64,000 nucleotides of DNA from NCBI GenBank assembly GCA_031413515.1, contig JANOFF010000155.1, forward strand, positions 117-64,116, written 5' to 3'. Source of the stretch: a bacterium (GTDB lineage Bacteria > Myxococcota_A > UBA9160 > UBA4427). Position numbers and translations under genes: made by a program. The notes beneath the pieces are model-generated. The model made no database searches, was not told the DNA's origin, and saw only the letters and a program-made list of their open reading frames with translations. Positions within the stretch are counted from its first letter, which is position 1. Every line of letters begins with the position of its first letter. Below are positions 9,232-17,784 of this stretch, one piece after another.

Positions 9232-10944
9232 ATGGCCGAGTCGATCCACCATCACGCGGCCGCCGATCACGGCGACCACCATCATCATGCAGAGCAGAGC
9301 TTCGTCAGCAAGTATCTGCTTTCGACCGACCACAAGATCATCGCCATGCAGTACATGTTCACCGGCATGCTGATGGCCATGATCGGTGGTTTCATGTCCT
9401 ACGCGTTCCGCATGCAGATCGCGTTTCCGGGCGAGAGCGTGCCGCTCTGGGGACTCGTCACTCCGGCGAACTACAACGCACTCGTCACCAATCACGGCAC
9501 GATCATGATCTTCTGGGTTGCGATGCCAGTGCTCATCGCGGCCTTCGGCAACTATCTGATCCCGCTGATGATCGGCGCCGATGACATGGTTTTCCCGAAG
9601 ATCAACCGACTCAGCTACCAGATCTTCCTGATCAGCGCGCTCGTGCTGCTCACCTCCTTCGCCGTCGAGGGAGGTGGTTTCGGCGGTGCCTGGACCGCGT
9701 ATCCCCCGCTCTCCGCGAAGGCCGAGTACAACCTCACACCTCTCGGCGCGACATTGTGGGTGGTCGCCGTCGGTCTCGAGTTCGTGGCCTTCCTGCTCGG
9801 CGGCATCAACTTCGTCACCACTGCGATGAACAGCCGGGCCCCCGGGATGAAGCTCTACGACATCCCGATGGTGATCTGGATGATCGTGATCGCGAGCATT
9901 CTCTTCATGGTCTCGGTCGGTCCGCTGCTGGCCGGAGCCATCATGCTGATCTTCGACCAGACGCTCAATACCGCCTTCTTCGACCCGAATCGCGGCGGCG
10001 ATCCCGTCCTCTGGCAGCACCTTTTCTGGTTCTTCGGACACCCCGAGGTCTACGTGGTGCTCCTGCCCGCGCTGGGGATCACGGCGGAGATCATCACAGT
10101 CTTCTCGCGGAAGAAGCTCTTCGCGTACAAGACCGTCCTCCACACGGCGATCGGCACGGGCGTCCTGAGCTTCACGGTCTGGGCCCACCATCAGTTCATC
10201 GCCGGCATCGACCCGCGGATGGCCCACATCTTCACGCTGACGACGTTGCTCATCTCGATCCCGATCGCGGAGATGATGTTCGTCTACATCGCGACGCTCT
10301 ATGGCGGAGCGATCCGCCTGACGACCCCGATGCTCTGGGCGCTGTCCTTCATCGGCGAGTTCCTGATCGGCGGCGTGACGGGCATCTTCCTCGGGGCCAG
10401 CGGTGCCGACATCTACTTCCACGACACCTACTTCGTGCTGGCCCACTTCCACTACACCTTCTATCCGATCGCCATCATCGGCACCTTCGCGGGTATCACA
10501 TTCTGGTTCCCGAAGATGTTCGGGCGCATGATGAACGAGACCCTGGGCAAGATCCATTTCTGGGGTTCGATCATCTCGTTCAACTTCATCTTCATCCCGC
10601 TGTTCGTACTCGGTGCGGCCGGCGATCATCGGCGGATCTTCGACTACCGGAACTTCCCGGATCGGAGCCTTCCGGAGTATCAGCAGCTGCGTGTCCTGGC
10701 GACCGTCTCGTTGCTCGTGATGCTCGCCTTCCAGTTCGTGTTCCTCTACAACTTCATCAAGAGCATGTTCACGGGACCGAAGGCCGAGAAGAATCCCTGG
10801 AAGTCCAACACGCTCGAGTGGAGCGCGGACTCGCCGCCGCCCCACGGCAACTGGCCCGAGCTGCCGACCGTCTATCGCGGCCCGTACGAATACAGCCATC
10901 CAGATCGCAAAGAGGACTACTGGCCGCAGAATCAACCGAACTGA
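9232..10944 (+). CDS. coxA: cytochrome c oxidase subunit I
   Basis: 570 aa. Haem-copper oxidase blocks (WFFGHPEVY, HHQF, FHDTYFVLAHFHY). His-rich N-terminal tail. Starts 3 nt after the coxB stop. Confidence 0.95.
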   Translation: MAESIHHHAAADHGDHHHHAEQSFVSKYLLSTDHKIIAMQYMFTGMLMAMIGGFMSYAFRMQIAFPGESVPLWGLVTPANYNALVTNHGTIMIFWVAMPVLIAAFGNYLIPLMIGADDMVFPKINRLSYQIFLISALVLLTSFAVEGGGFGGAWTAYPPLSAKAEYNLTPLGATLWVVAVGLEFVAFLLGGINFVTTAMNSRAPGMKLYDIPMVIWMIVIASILFMVSVGPLLAGAIMLIFDQTLNTAFFDPNRGGDPVLWQHLFWFFGHPEVYVVLLPALGITAEIITVFSRKKLFAYKTVLHTAIGTGVLSFTVWAHHQFIAGIDPRMAHIFTLTTLLISIPIAEMMFVYIATLYGGAIRLTTPMLWALSFIGEFLIGGVTGIFLGASGADIYFHDTYFVLAHFHYTFYPIAIIGTFAGITFWFPKMFGRMMNETLGKIHFWGSIISFNFIFIPLFVLGAAGDHRRIFDYRNFPDRSLPEYQQLRVLATVSLLVMLAFQFVFLYNFIKSMFTGPKAEKNPWKSNTLEWSADSPPPHGNWPELPTVYRGPYEYSHPDRKEDYWPQNQPN

Positions 10945-10986
10945 TCGCAGCCGTGATCGGACTGGCGCCGTCGGGCGCCATTCCGG

Positions 10987-11595
10987 ATGTGGAAGAACTC
11001 CGATCAACAGGACATCGGAAATCGAATGAGACCGATCGCAACGACACGCAGCACCGCAGGAATGCCGACCGGGCTTCTGGCCGTCTGGTGGGTGGTGGCC
11101 TCCGAAATCGTGATCTTCGGCGGACTGCTGGCCTCCTACCTCATGTACCGGCTCTCGCATGCAGCTTGGAGCGAGCAGGCCGCCAACACCAATACGTGGA
11201 TCGGCGCCTTCAACACCTTCGTGCTGCTCACCTCGAGTTTCTTCGCGGTGCTCGGCCATCAGGCAGCCGAGAAGGGAGACGGCAAGAAGGCCGCCCGTTT
11301 CCTCGTCTACACGATCGGTGGCGCGGTGACTTTCATCGCGGTCAAGAGCTTCGAGTGGTACACGGAGATCAGCCACGGCTACACGATCACTTCGAACACC
11401 TTCTGGTCGTTCTACTACACGGCGGCCGGCATCCACGCGCTGCACGTCATCGCCGGTGCCATCATCATGGGGATCGTCGCCAGGAGCGCAGCCAAGGGTC
11501 TCGAACTGCATCGGGTCGAGTTGATCGGGATCTACTGGCACTTCGTCGACATCGTCTGGATCTTCCTCTTCCCGCTCCTCTACATCGCCAAGTGA
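10987..11595 (+). CDS. coxC: cytochrome c oxidase subunit III
   Basis: 202 aa hydrophobic protein with a C-terminal YWHFVDIVWIFLF block. The true start may be an internal Met (MRPIATT). Confidence 0.85.
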   Translation: MWKNSDQQDIGNRMRPIATTRSTAGMPTGLLAVWWVVASEIVIFGGLLASYLMYRLSHAAWSEQAANTNTWIGAFNTFVLLTSSFFAVLGHQAAEKGDGKKAARFLVYTIGGAVTFIAVKSFEWYTEISHGYTITSNTFWSFYYTAAGIHALHVIAGAIIMGIVARSAAKGLELHRVELIGIYWHFVDIVWIFLFPLLYIAK

Positions 11596-11608
11596 TTGCG
11601 CGAGCCAG

Positions 11609-11995
11609 GTGAACGAATCGATGTCCGAAGAATCCCACGGCCACGCCCACATCAACTACCCGAAGATCTACGTCATTCTTCTGGTCCTGCTGGTCATCAG
11701 CGTACTTGGACCGTTCCTCGAGATCCAGGCCGTCACTCTGATCACGGCCTTCGGAATCGCCGCCGTCAAGGCGTATCTCGTGGCCAAGAACTTCATGCAT
11801 ATCAATCAGGCACCGAAGTTCATCACCTACATCATGACCACCTGCCTCGTCTTCATGCTGCTGTTCTTCGCCGCTGTCGCCCCCGACGTGATGAACGATT
11901 CGGGTGACAACTGGCGGAAGAATCTCAGTACGTGGCACTACAGCGCCCCTGCAGGTCACCACGAAGGGGCACCCCACGCTTCGAGCGGGCACTGA
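11609..11995 (+). CDS. prokaryotic cytochrome c oxidase subunit IV (COX4_pro-like)
   Basis: 128 aa. The HGHAHINYPKIYVILLVLLVISV start and three TM helices are typical of the bacterial subunit IV family. Confidence 0.7.
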   Translation: MNESMSEESHGHAHINYPKIYVILLVLLVISVLGPFLEIQAVTLITAFGIAAVKAYLVAKNFMHINQAPKFITYIMTTCLVFMLLFFAAVAPDVMNDSGDNWRKNLSTWHYSAPAGHHEGAPHASSGH

Positions 11996-11998
11996 CCG

Positions 11999-12601
11999 AT
12001 GAGCGCTCCGATAGTGATGCGACGAGGCGAAATACTCGGCCCGGGTCGGAAGGGAGACCGAGCCATCATCCCGAACGGGTTGTTCGGCATGCTGGTCTTC
12101 ATCCTCACCGAGGCGATGTTCTTCGCGGGTTTCATCAGCGCGTTCACGATCGCCAAGGCGACGGCCCCGGTCTGGCCACCGGCCGACCAGCCGCGACTTC
12201 CCATCGAGGCGACGGCGTTCAACACCGTGATGCTGCTGCTGAGCGGTGTGCTGCTGATCGTCGCCCACCGGGCTTTCCATCGCGGAGATCGCGCGGCGAT
12301 GCGTCGGCCGATGTTCGCGGCGCTCGGGTTCGGCACGTTCTTCGTCGCCTTCCAGGGCGTCGAGTGGATCCGCTTGATCGCGCAGGGGCTGACGCTGACG
12401 TCGAGCATCCTCGGCTCGTTCTTCTTCGTGATCGTCGGCCTCCATGCCCTTCACGCCATCGGAGCGATCTGGCTGCTCGGGTACGCGTGCCTGCGACTGC
12501 ACCGAGGATTCCTGACACCGAGTCTGTTCGGCGCCACCGAGGCGTTCTGGCTGTTCGTCGTCGGGGTCTGGCCGATCATCTACGGGGTCGTCTACCTGTG
12601 A
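11999..12601 (+). CDS. second haem-copper oxidase subunit III-like protein
   Basis: 200 aa with a 5-TM pattern. FFFVIVGLHALHAIGAIW and WLFVVGVWPIIYGVVYL resemble subunit III. Confidence 0.75.
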   Translation: MSAPIVMRRGEILGPGRKGDRAIIPNGLFGMLVFILTEAMFFAGFISAFTIAKATAPVWPPADQPRLPIEATAFNTVMLLLSGVLLIVAHRAFHRGDRAAMRRPMFAALGFGTFFVAFQGVEWIRLIAQGLTLTSSILGSFFFVIVGLHALHAIGAIWLLGYACLRLHRGFLTPSLFGATEAFWLFVVGVWPIIYGVVYL

Positions 12602-12618
12602 GCGGTTTCTCGCCCAGA

Positions 12619-12924
12619 ATGCGCCGCGCCGCAGCGATCGGTTCGCTGACCGTCGCCGCCACCAGGCTGCTGCCGGCTCTCGCTGCGGCCTGTTCGACGT
12701 GCGTCGGGGGCGACACGGAAGCCAGTCGAAAGGCCTTCATCGGCACGACCGCCTTCATGACCTTCTTCCCTCTCCTGATGCTGGGAGGGGTGATCGGATG
12801 GTTCATCCGCCGCGCGCTCGCCCATGAGCGCCAGGAAGAGGCACGAATGCAGGCGGAAGCGCTCGACCGGTCGTCCATGCGATCGGATCCGAACCCGCGC
12901 GGAGTGGTCCGGCCACTGTTCTGA
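12619..12924 (+). CDS. small exported/membrane protein with CxxC, last gene of the cox cluster
   Basis: In frame with ORF 11932..12924. ATG 12619 gives a signal peptide ending ALAAACSTCVGG, then one C-terminal TM helix. Confidence 0.5.
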   Translation: MRRAAAIGSLTVAATRLLPALAAACSTCVGGDTEASRKAFIGTTAFMTFFPLLMLGGVIGWFIRRALAHERQEEARMQAEALDRSSMRSDPNPRGVVRPLF

Positions 12925-12978
12925 GTCGGGCTCGTCGGGCTGCACTTCGCCGGGCTTGCCTGCAGGCGCCGCCGATCA

Positions 12979-13227
12979 TCAGCCTCCGATGATCCGGCCC
13001 ATCATCACGAGCAGCCACGACACGCCTCCCAACAGCGCGCCTCCGAGCACGCGCCTTGGCAGCCCGATGCTCTCCGGCACATAGAGGCCGCCGATCGCGG
13101 CACCGGCCACGATGCAGAGCAGCAGAGCCGCGGTCGCGAGTCGGTGCCGCATCGCCTCGGCGAAGAGAGACTCCCCGCCCCGCTCGTCCGCTTCCGGATC
13201 GTCTCGAGCGTCGAAGTCGTTGCTCAT
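12979..13227 (-). CDS. small two-TM membrane protein
   Basis: 82 aa with an acidic N-terminus followed by two hydrophobic helices. GC3-rich codons. Confidence 0.5.
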   Translation of the reverse strand: MSNDFDARDDPEADERGGESLFAEAMRHRLATAALLLCIVAGAAIGGLYVPESIGLPRRVLGGALLGGVSWLLVMMGRIIGG

Positions 13228-13320
13228 CGCTCCACATTACCCGACCCGTGTGCCACTCGTCTCGACCGCATCGACTCGCTGCGTGCCGTGCCGAGAAAGG
13301 CCGCGCGCCACCACGCCACC

Positions 13321-13650
13321 TCAGAGCAGGCCGGAGCGTGCACCGAACCAGGCTGCTGCCGACGCGAGGAACCAGACGAGCCCGAGCGCGACGCTGATCG
13401 GCCCCGCTCGTCCGTGCAGCCTCCACTCCCATCGGATCGCACGCAGACTGGCGATGATCAGCAATCCGGTGGACACGATTCCCAGCGGCTTGTGGTCCCG
13501 CACGGCGAAGAGCACTGCGATCCCCACGAAGCCGATCAGCGCGCCGAGGACCACGAGCAGCACGGGCCAGAGCGACGAGTCCCGGAAGTACGGCAGCACC
13601 CATCTCTCGATGGCATCGGGTTCGTCATCTAGTGAAGACTCTCCGCTCAC
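13321..13650 (-). CDS. membrane protein (3 TM)
   Basis: ORF 13321..13689. A GTG at 13650 overlaps the upstream stop (GTGA), suggesting translational coupling. Confidence 0.55.
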   Translation of the reverse strand: MSGESSLDDEPDAIERWVLPYFRDSSLWPVLLVVLGALIGFVGIAVLFAVRDHKPLGIVSTGLLIIASLRAIRWEWRLHGRAGPISVALGLVWFLASAAAWFGARSGLL

Positions 13651-14051
13651 GCGCCCTCCATGGGATCTGCGTCGGGCCGCGTATACCACCAGGCCCAGAC
13701 GATGAACACCGCCTGAAAGGGCAGGCGCAGCCAGTTCACGAGTGCGTTGCCCGTTCCCGGTTCACCGCTCGGCAGACCGATGTTCGCCGTGGCGACGTGG
13801 ATGTTGGCCGGAAAGACCGCGATCAGCAGCGCGATGATCCCCCAGGCCGCGTAGACCCGGGTCTTCGGTTCGAGCAGGAACACGCCGAGCACGATCTCGG
13901 CGAGCCCACTGACCACGTTCAACACTTCGGGCATCGGAAGCCCCGGCGGCATGATGGCGACGAACTGACCGGGATTCATGAGATGGTTGAAGCCGATGAA
14001 TGCATAGAGGGACGCCATCACCCACATCGAGATTCGTTTCGTACGGCTCAT
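13647..14051 (-). CDS. DoxX-like family membrane protein
   Basis: Start at MSRTKR (cat 14049-14051). Four TM helices. NHLMNP...LAEIVLGV...FPANI pattern resembles the DoxX-like family. Confidence 0.65.
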   Translation of the reverse strand: MSRTKRISMWVMASLYAFIGFNHLMNPGQFVAIMPPGLPMPEVLNVVSGLAEIVLGVFLLEPKTRVYAAWGIIALLIAVFPANIHVATANIGLPSGEPGTGNALVNWLRLPFQAVFIVWAWWYTRPDADPMEGA

Positions 14052-14109
14052 CGGGGCTCCGATTCCTGGACCTTCGTGGATGAAACGGGACGTCGCTCGC
14101 GTCCTCCAG

Positions 14110-15090
14110 CTACGCGGCGATGGGCTCGAACACGCTCGGCTGCCGGATGTAGGTGGCAGCGAGCACATCCATCAAGGCTGCATCTTCGACGGGATCGGCA
14201 GGCCGCAGGAAAGCCACTCCGCGTCGATCGAGGTCTGCGAAGAACCGCTCGAATACCCGATCGATCGTCAGATCGGCGTCGTGCTCCCGGAAGAGCCGCA
14301 ACGCCGCTTCGTCCGCGAAGACCCGCGCCTTCCACGACACGCTGACGCGAAGCCCCGACCAGGTCGTCGCCGCAAGATCCCTGTTCCCGTCGGCGATCGC
14401 CCAGCGATCGTCGCCCCGGTGCTCGAGCCGGGTCTCGAGCGTCATGCCCGTCTGCATGCCGGCGCGGCGAGCACCCACCGGGCGCACGCGGTGATACATG
14501 CGCTCGTTGTCGGCTGCGAGAGCGGTGTTGTAGATGCGGCCTTCGTGGATGCGGGGAGGTGAATCCGGACCGTCGGGCCAGTACATGAATCCGCCGTCAT
14601 TGCCCTCGTAGAACCAGGCGACCGCGGTCGCGATCGAGATCCGCTCGGCTTCGAAGAGTCGCGAGTGTCCCATCACCGTGAGGAGCGGGGTCGGGTAGCG
14701 GGTGCGATCGATGCCGCGGAACTCCGGCACATCGGTGTGACCGCCGCCCTGATCGAATGGCAACTGCCAGGTGATGTTGGCGTACAGCGAGAAGGGTTCG
14801 ACGATCTGGGCGTCGAAGAGCGTTGCGGCCGCCTCGCGAAAACCTGCGTGATCGAAGAGCGGTTCGATGCCCTCGATCAGCGGTCGGTCATACGCCCAGT
14901 CGCCCCGGAAGTTCGGCGCGATGAGCATCTCTCTCGCGCCGCTGCCGGAGAGCGCGCGGAATTGTGCAGTGTTGGTGAAGTAGCGCTGGACCGGGTAGTA
15001 GGGACCGTTTCGTTCGATCAGCCGCCGGACGAGGCCGGGATCGTCGAGGACCTGATCGAACGCGACGGGCGGGTAAAAGTCTTCGCTCAT
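14110..15090 (-). CDS. conserved hypothetical protein (possible HxD...H cupin-type oxygenase)
   Basis: 326 aa soluble protein with clean codon bias. Contains GGGHTDVPEF (HxD) and a later MYHRV His. No family recognised with confidence. Confidence 0.65.
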   Translation of the reverse strand: MSEDFYPPVAFDQVLDDPGLVRRLIERNGPYYPVQRYFTNTAQFRALSGSGAREMLIAPNFRGDWAYDRPLIEGIEPLFDHAGFREAAATLFDAQIVEPFSLYANITWQLPFDQGGGHTDVPEFRGIDRTRYPTPLLTVMGHSRLFEAERISIATAVAWFYEGNDGGFMYWPDGPDSPPRIHEGRIYNTALAADNERMYHRVRPVGARRAGMQTGMTLETRLEHRGDDRWAIADGNRDLAATTWSGLRVSVSWKARVFADEAALRLFREHDADLTIDRVFERFFADLDRRGVAFLRPADPVEDAALMDVLAATYIRQPSVFEPIAA

Positions 15091-15330
15091 GGGGGCTCCG
15101 GTTCGGGATCGGTTCGCTGGCGTCGATCGGGGATGCCGGGTCGGCGAGACGCATCGACAGAGTAACGACTGAGACGATCCCCGTCTTCCAGCCCGTTGAT
15201 CGTCGTGCCAGCGGTTGCTCCGCGAAGCGGCGCGTGTCCGAATTCGCGGGTTCCGTGAGCCGCCATGCGTCGATAGAATCGGGCTCCGGGGCGCCGTCCC
15301 GCGCGCACTTCACCAGATCGGGGAGCCCAG

Positions 15331-16662
15331 ATGTCGTCCGGCCGAGCCAGCCCGAAGCTGTCCCCGACCCCGATCGAACGCGCGCCCGTGCCGGATCTCG
15401 GACACGCCCCGATTCCGAAGCAGCGATATATCTCGCTCGAGTGGGCCGGACTCGAGCGGATCCATCTCTGGCCGAAAGTCTGGCTGCTCGCCGGACTCGT
15501 CTCCGACGTCGGACGAGCCGGTGACTACTTCACATGCGAGATCGGACGTGAATCGGTGCTGGTGGTCCGACAGTCGAACGGAGGCTTCGGAGCCTTCCAC
15601 AACGTCTGCCTGCATCGAGGCAACCGCCTCGTCGAGCCGGGTCGCGGCCATGCCCGTCGCTTCAGCTGTCTCTTCCATGCCTGGCGGTACGGGATCGACG
15701 GTCGACTCGAAGCGGCACTCGATGCCGAGACGTTTCCGCAGGGCTGTCCCGTCGACGCGCTGAGTCTGCGTCCGGTTCGCTGCGAAGTCTGGGGCGGATT
15801 CGTCTGGGTGAACCTCGATCCCGATGCCGAACCGCTCGTCGACCATCTCGGCATCCTGCCCGCGCATCTCGACCCGTACCACTTCGAGCAGATGAAGCTG
15901 ATGGGCGACTACACGATCGAGATCGAGTGCAATTGGAAGACATCCATGGACGCATTCCACGAGGCGTACCACATCTACGGCACCCATCCCGACACCCTGG
16001 ATGTCAACGACGACGTGGATGTCCAGCTCGACTGCTACGAACGCCATTCGCGCATGCTGCTCAAGCTCGGCGTCGCCAGCCCGCGTCACGCCGAGCATGG
16101 AAAGATCACCGCGAAGATCCGCAACCACTTCCTCGCGACTGCCGGAATCGACGGCGAAAAGTTCGCAGGCAGAGCGGAGGATGTTCGGCCCGCGATCGCG
16201 CGAGCGGTGCGCGAGATCCAGGGGCCCGCGATGGGAGTCGATTTCTCGGAACTCCGCGACGAACAACTCGTCGACGACTTCCACTACAGCGCATTCCCGA
16301 ACGTCACGTTCAACATCTTCGGCCGCAGTGCGTGGGTGTTTCGGCATCGTCCCCACCCGACGGATCCGGATCGCATGTACTTCGATTTCTGGAATCTCGT
16401 GCGGATCCCGAACGCCGACGTACCGCGCCCCGAGCATCAGCACCACGTGAATCGCGACGACCTGGTGCTCGACGTTCTCGGAGGCGGCGGATCACTGCTC
16501 GCACAGGACACCTTCAACCTGCCGCGCATCCAGCGTGGAATGCACTCGGCGGGATTTCGCGGTCTGCATCTCGGCGACCAGGAAGTCCGCATCCGCCACT
16601 TCCATTCGGTGCTCGATCGCTACATCCCGTCTTCCGAGCGAACCGCCGTGGAACGCGCGTGA
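15331..16662 (+). CDS. aromatic ring-hydroxylating (Rieske) oxygenase alpha subunit
   Basis: Rieske motif CLHRGNRL...CLFHAWRY. Catalytic-domain His pair in FHEAYHIYGTHP. Confidence 0.9.
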   Translation: MSSGRASPKLSPTPIERAPVPDLGHAPIPKQRYISLEWAGLERIHLWPKVWLLAGLVSDVGRAGDYFTCEIGRESVLVVRQSNGGFGAFHNVCLHRGNRLVEPGRGHARRFSCLFHAWRYGIDGRLEAALDAETFPQGCPVDALSLRPVRCEVWGGFVWVNLDPDAEPLVDHLGILPAHLDPYHFEQMKLMGDYTIEIECNWKTSMDAFHEAYHIYGTHPDTLDVNDDVDVQLDCYERHSRMLLKLGVASPRHAEHGKITAKIRNHFLATAGIDGEKFAGRAEDVRPAIARAVREIQGPAMGVDFSELRDEQLVDDFHYSAFPNVTFNIFGRSAWVFRHRPHPTDPDRMYFDFWNLVRIPNADVPRPEHQHHVNRDDLVLDVLGGGGSLLAQDTFNLPRIQRGMHSAGFRGLHLGDQEVRIRHFHSVLDRYIPSSERTAVERA

Positions 16663-16970
16663 GCGGCGCGATCCCGCTCGAAGTCGATGTCTCGGATCTC
16701 GCGCCCGGCCAGATGCGGGTCGTCGAGCACGCCGGCGTCAGCGTGCTGCTCTGCAACGTCGACGGCGCCATCTACGCGGTGGAGAACCTCTGCAGCCATG
16801 CCTCGGTCCCGCTGTCCGAGGGCAAGCTGCGAGGCTGCGAACTCGAGTGCGACTTGCACGGCGCCGTATTCGACGTGCGCTCCGGTGCCGCGTTGGCGCT
16901 GCCTGCGAAGCTCCCGATCCGGACGTTCCGCGTCGAGTGCGCGCGGGAACGCGTCCGGGTCACGCTATAG
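16659..16970 (+). CDS. Rieske-type [2Fe-2S] ferredoxin component
   Basis: GTG 16659 overlaps the alpha-subunit stop (GTGA). 103 aa with CSH...CDLHG ligands. Confidence 0.8.
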   Translation: MSGAIPLEVDVSDLAPGQMRVVEHAGVSVLLCNVDGAIYAVENLCSHASVPLSEGKLRGCELECDLHGAVFDVRSGAALALPAKLPIRTFRVECARERVRVTL

Positions 16971-17011
16971 CGGCAGAACGCCATCGCGCCGCGGGTTCCC
17001 GCTCGCCTCGC

Positions 17012-17695
17012 CTACCGCCTGCTGAGGATCCGCGCCCGCAGTCCTGGATGCGCGAGGGGCAAGAGCGAAGCGACCGTCAGGACCGTGGTCGCGATCCAGA
17101 ACCGCGGCGAGCCGGGCTCGAGCAGGTTTGCGCCGAGAAACGAATAACAAGCCGCGCGGAAGATCGCTGCGGGACCGACCGCGAGAACGAAGACGGGGAC
17201 CGACATGCGGGTGACTCCCGCAGCGAAGTGGAATGGCGTCAGGATCCCCATCGGGTGCGCGGTCATCATCGCGATGAGCATCGGTCCTGCGCTGCGTGCG
17301 CGCTGCTCGAAGTCGGGATAGCGCGCCTCGAGCCGCGGCAGCACCCAGTCGCGACCCATGAAACGCGCGGCGCCGAACAAGACGAGCGCATTGAGCGTGA
17401 TGCCGAGTCCGCCGAGCACGGACCCGAGCGGCGCGCCGAAGAGCAGCCCCGCCGAGGTCAGCACCACGACCGACGGCAGTGCGAGCAACTGCCGCCCCAT
17501 CACGAGCACCACGTATCCGATCGGAGCCAGCATGCCGAGCCTGTGTACGGCCGCCTGGATCGACTCGGTCGACCACTCGATCCCGAGACTGCGTCGCGCC
17601 ATCTGCGCTGCGACGAACAACCCGATGATCACGAGGACTCCGATCGCGTGGCGGATGAAGCGTCGTGACGGGCTCGGTGTGGTGGTCTCGGACAA
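17012..17695 (-). CDS. TVP38/TMEM64 (DedA-related, VTT domain) membrane protein
   Basis: C-terminal part of run-on ORF 17012..18901, with a LLFGAPLGSVLGGLGITLNALVLFGAARFMGRDW block. Start uncertain: TTG 17695 keeps the first TM helix; the ATG at 17602 would remove it. Confidence 0.65.
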   Translation of the reverse strand: MSETTTPSPSRRFIRHAIGVLVIIGLFVAAQMARRSLGIEWSTESIQAAVHRLGMLAPIGYVVLVMGRQLLALPSVVVLTSAGLLFGAPLGSVLGGLGITLNALVLFGAARFMGRDWVLPRLEARYPDFEQRARSAGPMLIAMMTAHPMGILTPFHFAAGVTRMSVPVFVLAVGPAAIFRAACYSFLGANLLEPGSPRFWIATTVLTVASLLPLAHPGLRARILSRR

Positions 17696-17784
17696 CGATC
17701 GGCCTCCGGCGTGGGTCGCCCAGTCTACCGCGGTCGAGACTGCGAGACTGCCGCGGGTGCTCTCGTTCCGGCTCGAGCAAACCC

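Noticed and set aside
9151-11655. 834-aa ORF on the minus strand
   Set aside because: It lies antisense to coxA and coxC, whose identities are unambiguous. Its composition (Arg/Asp/Glu/His-rich) is non-protein-like.
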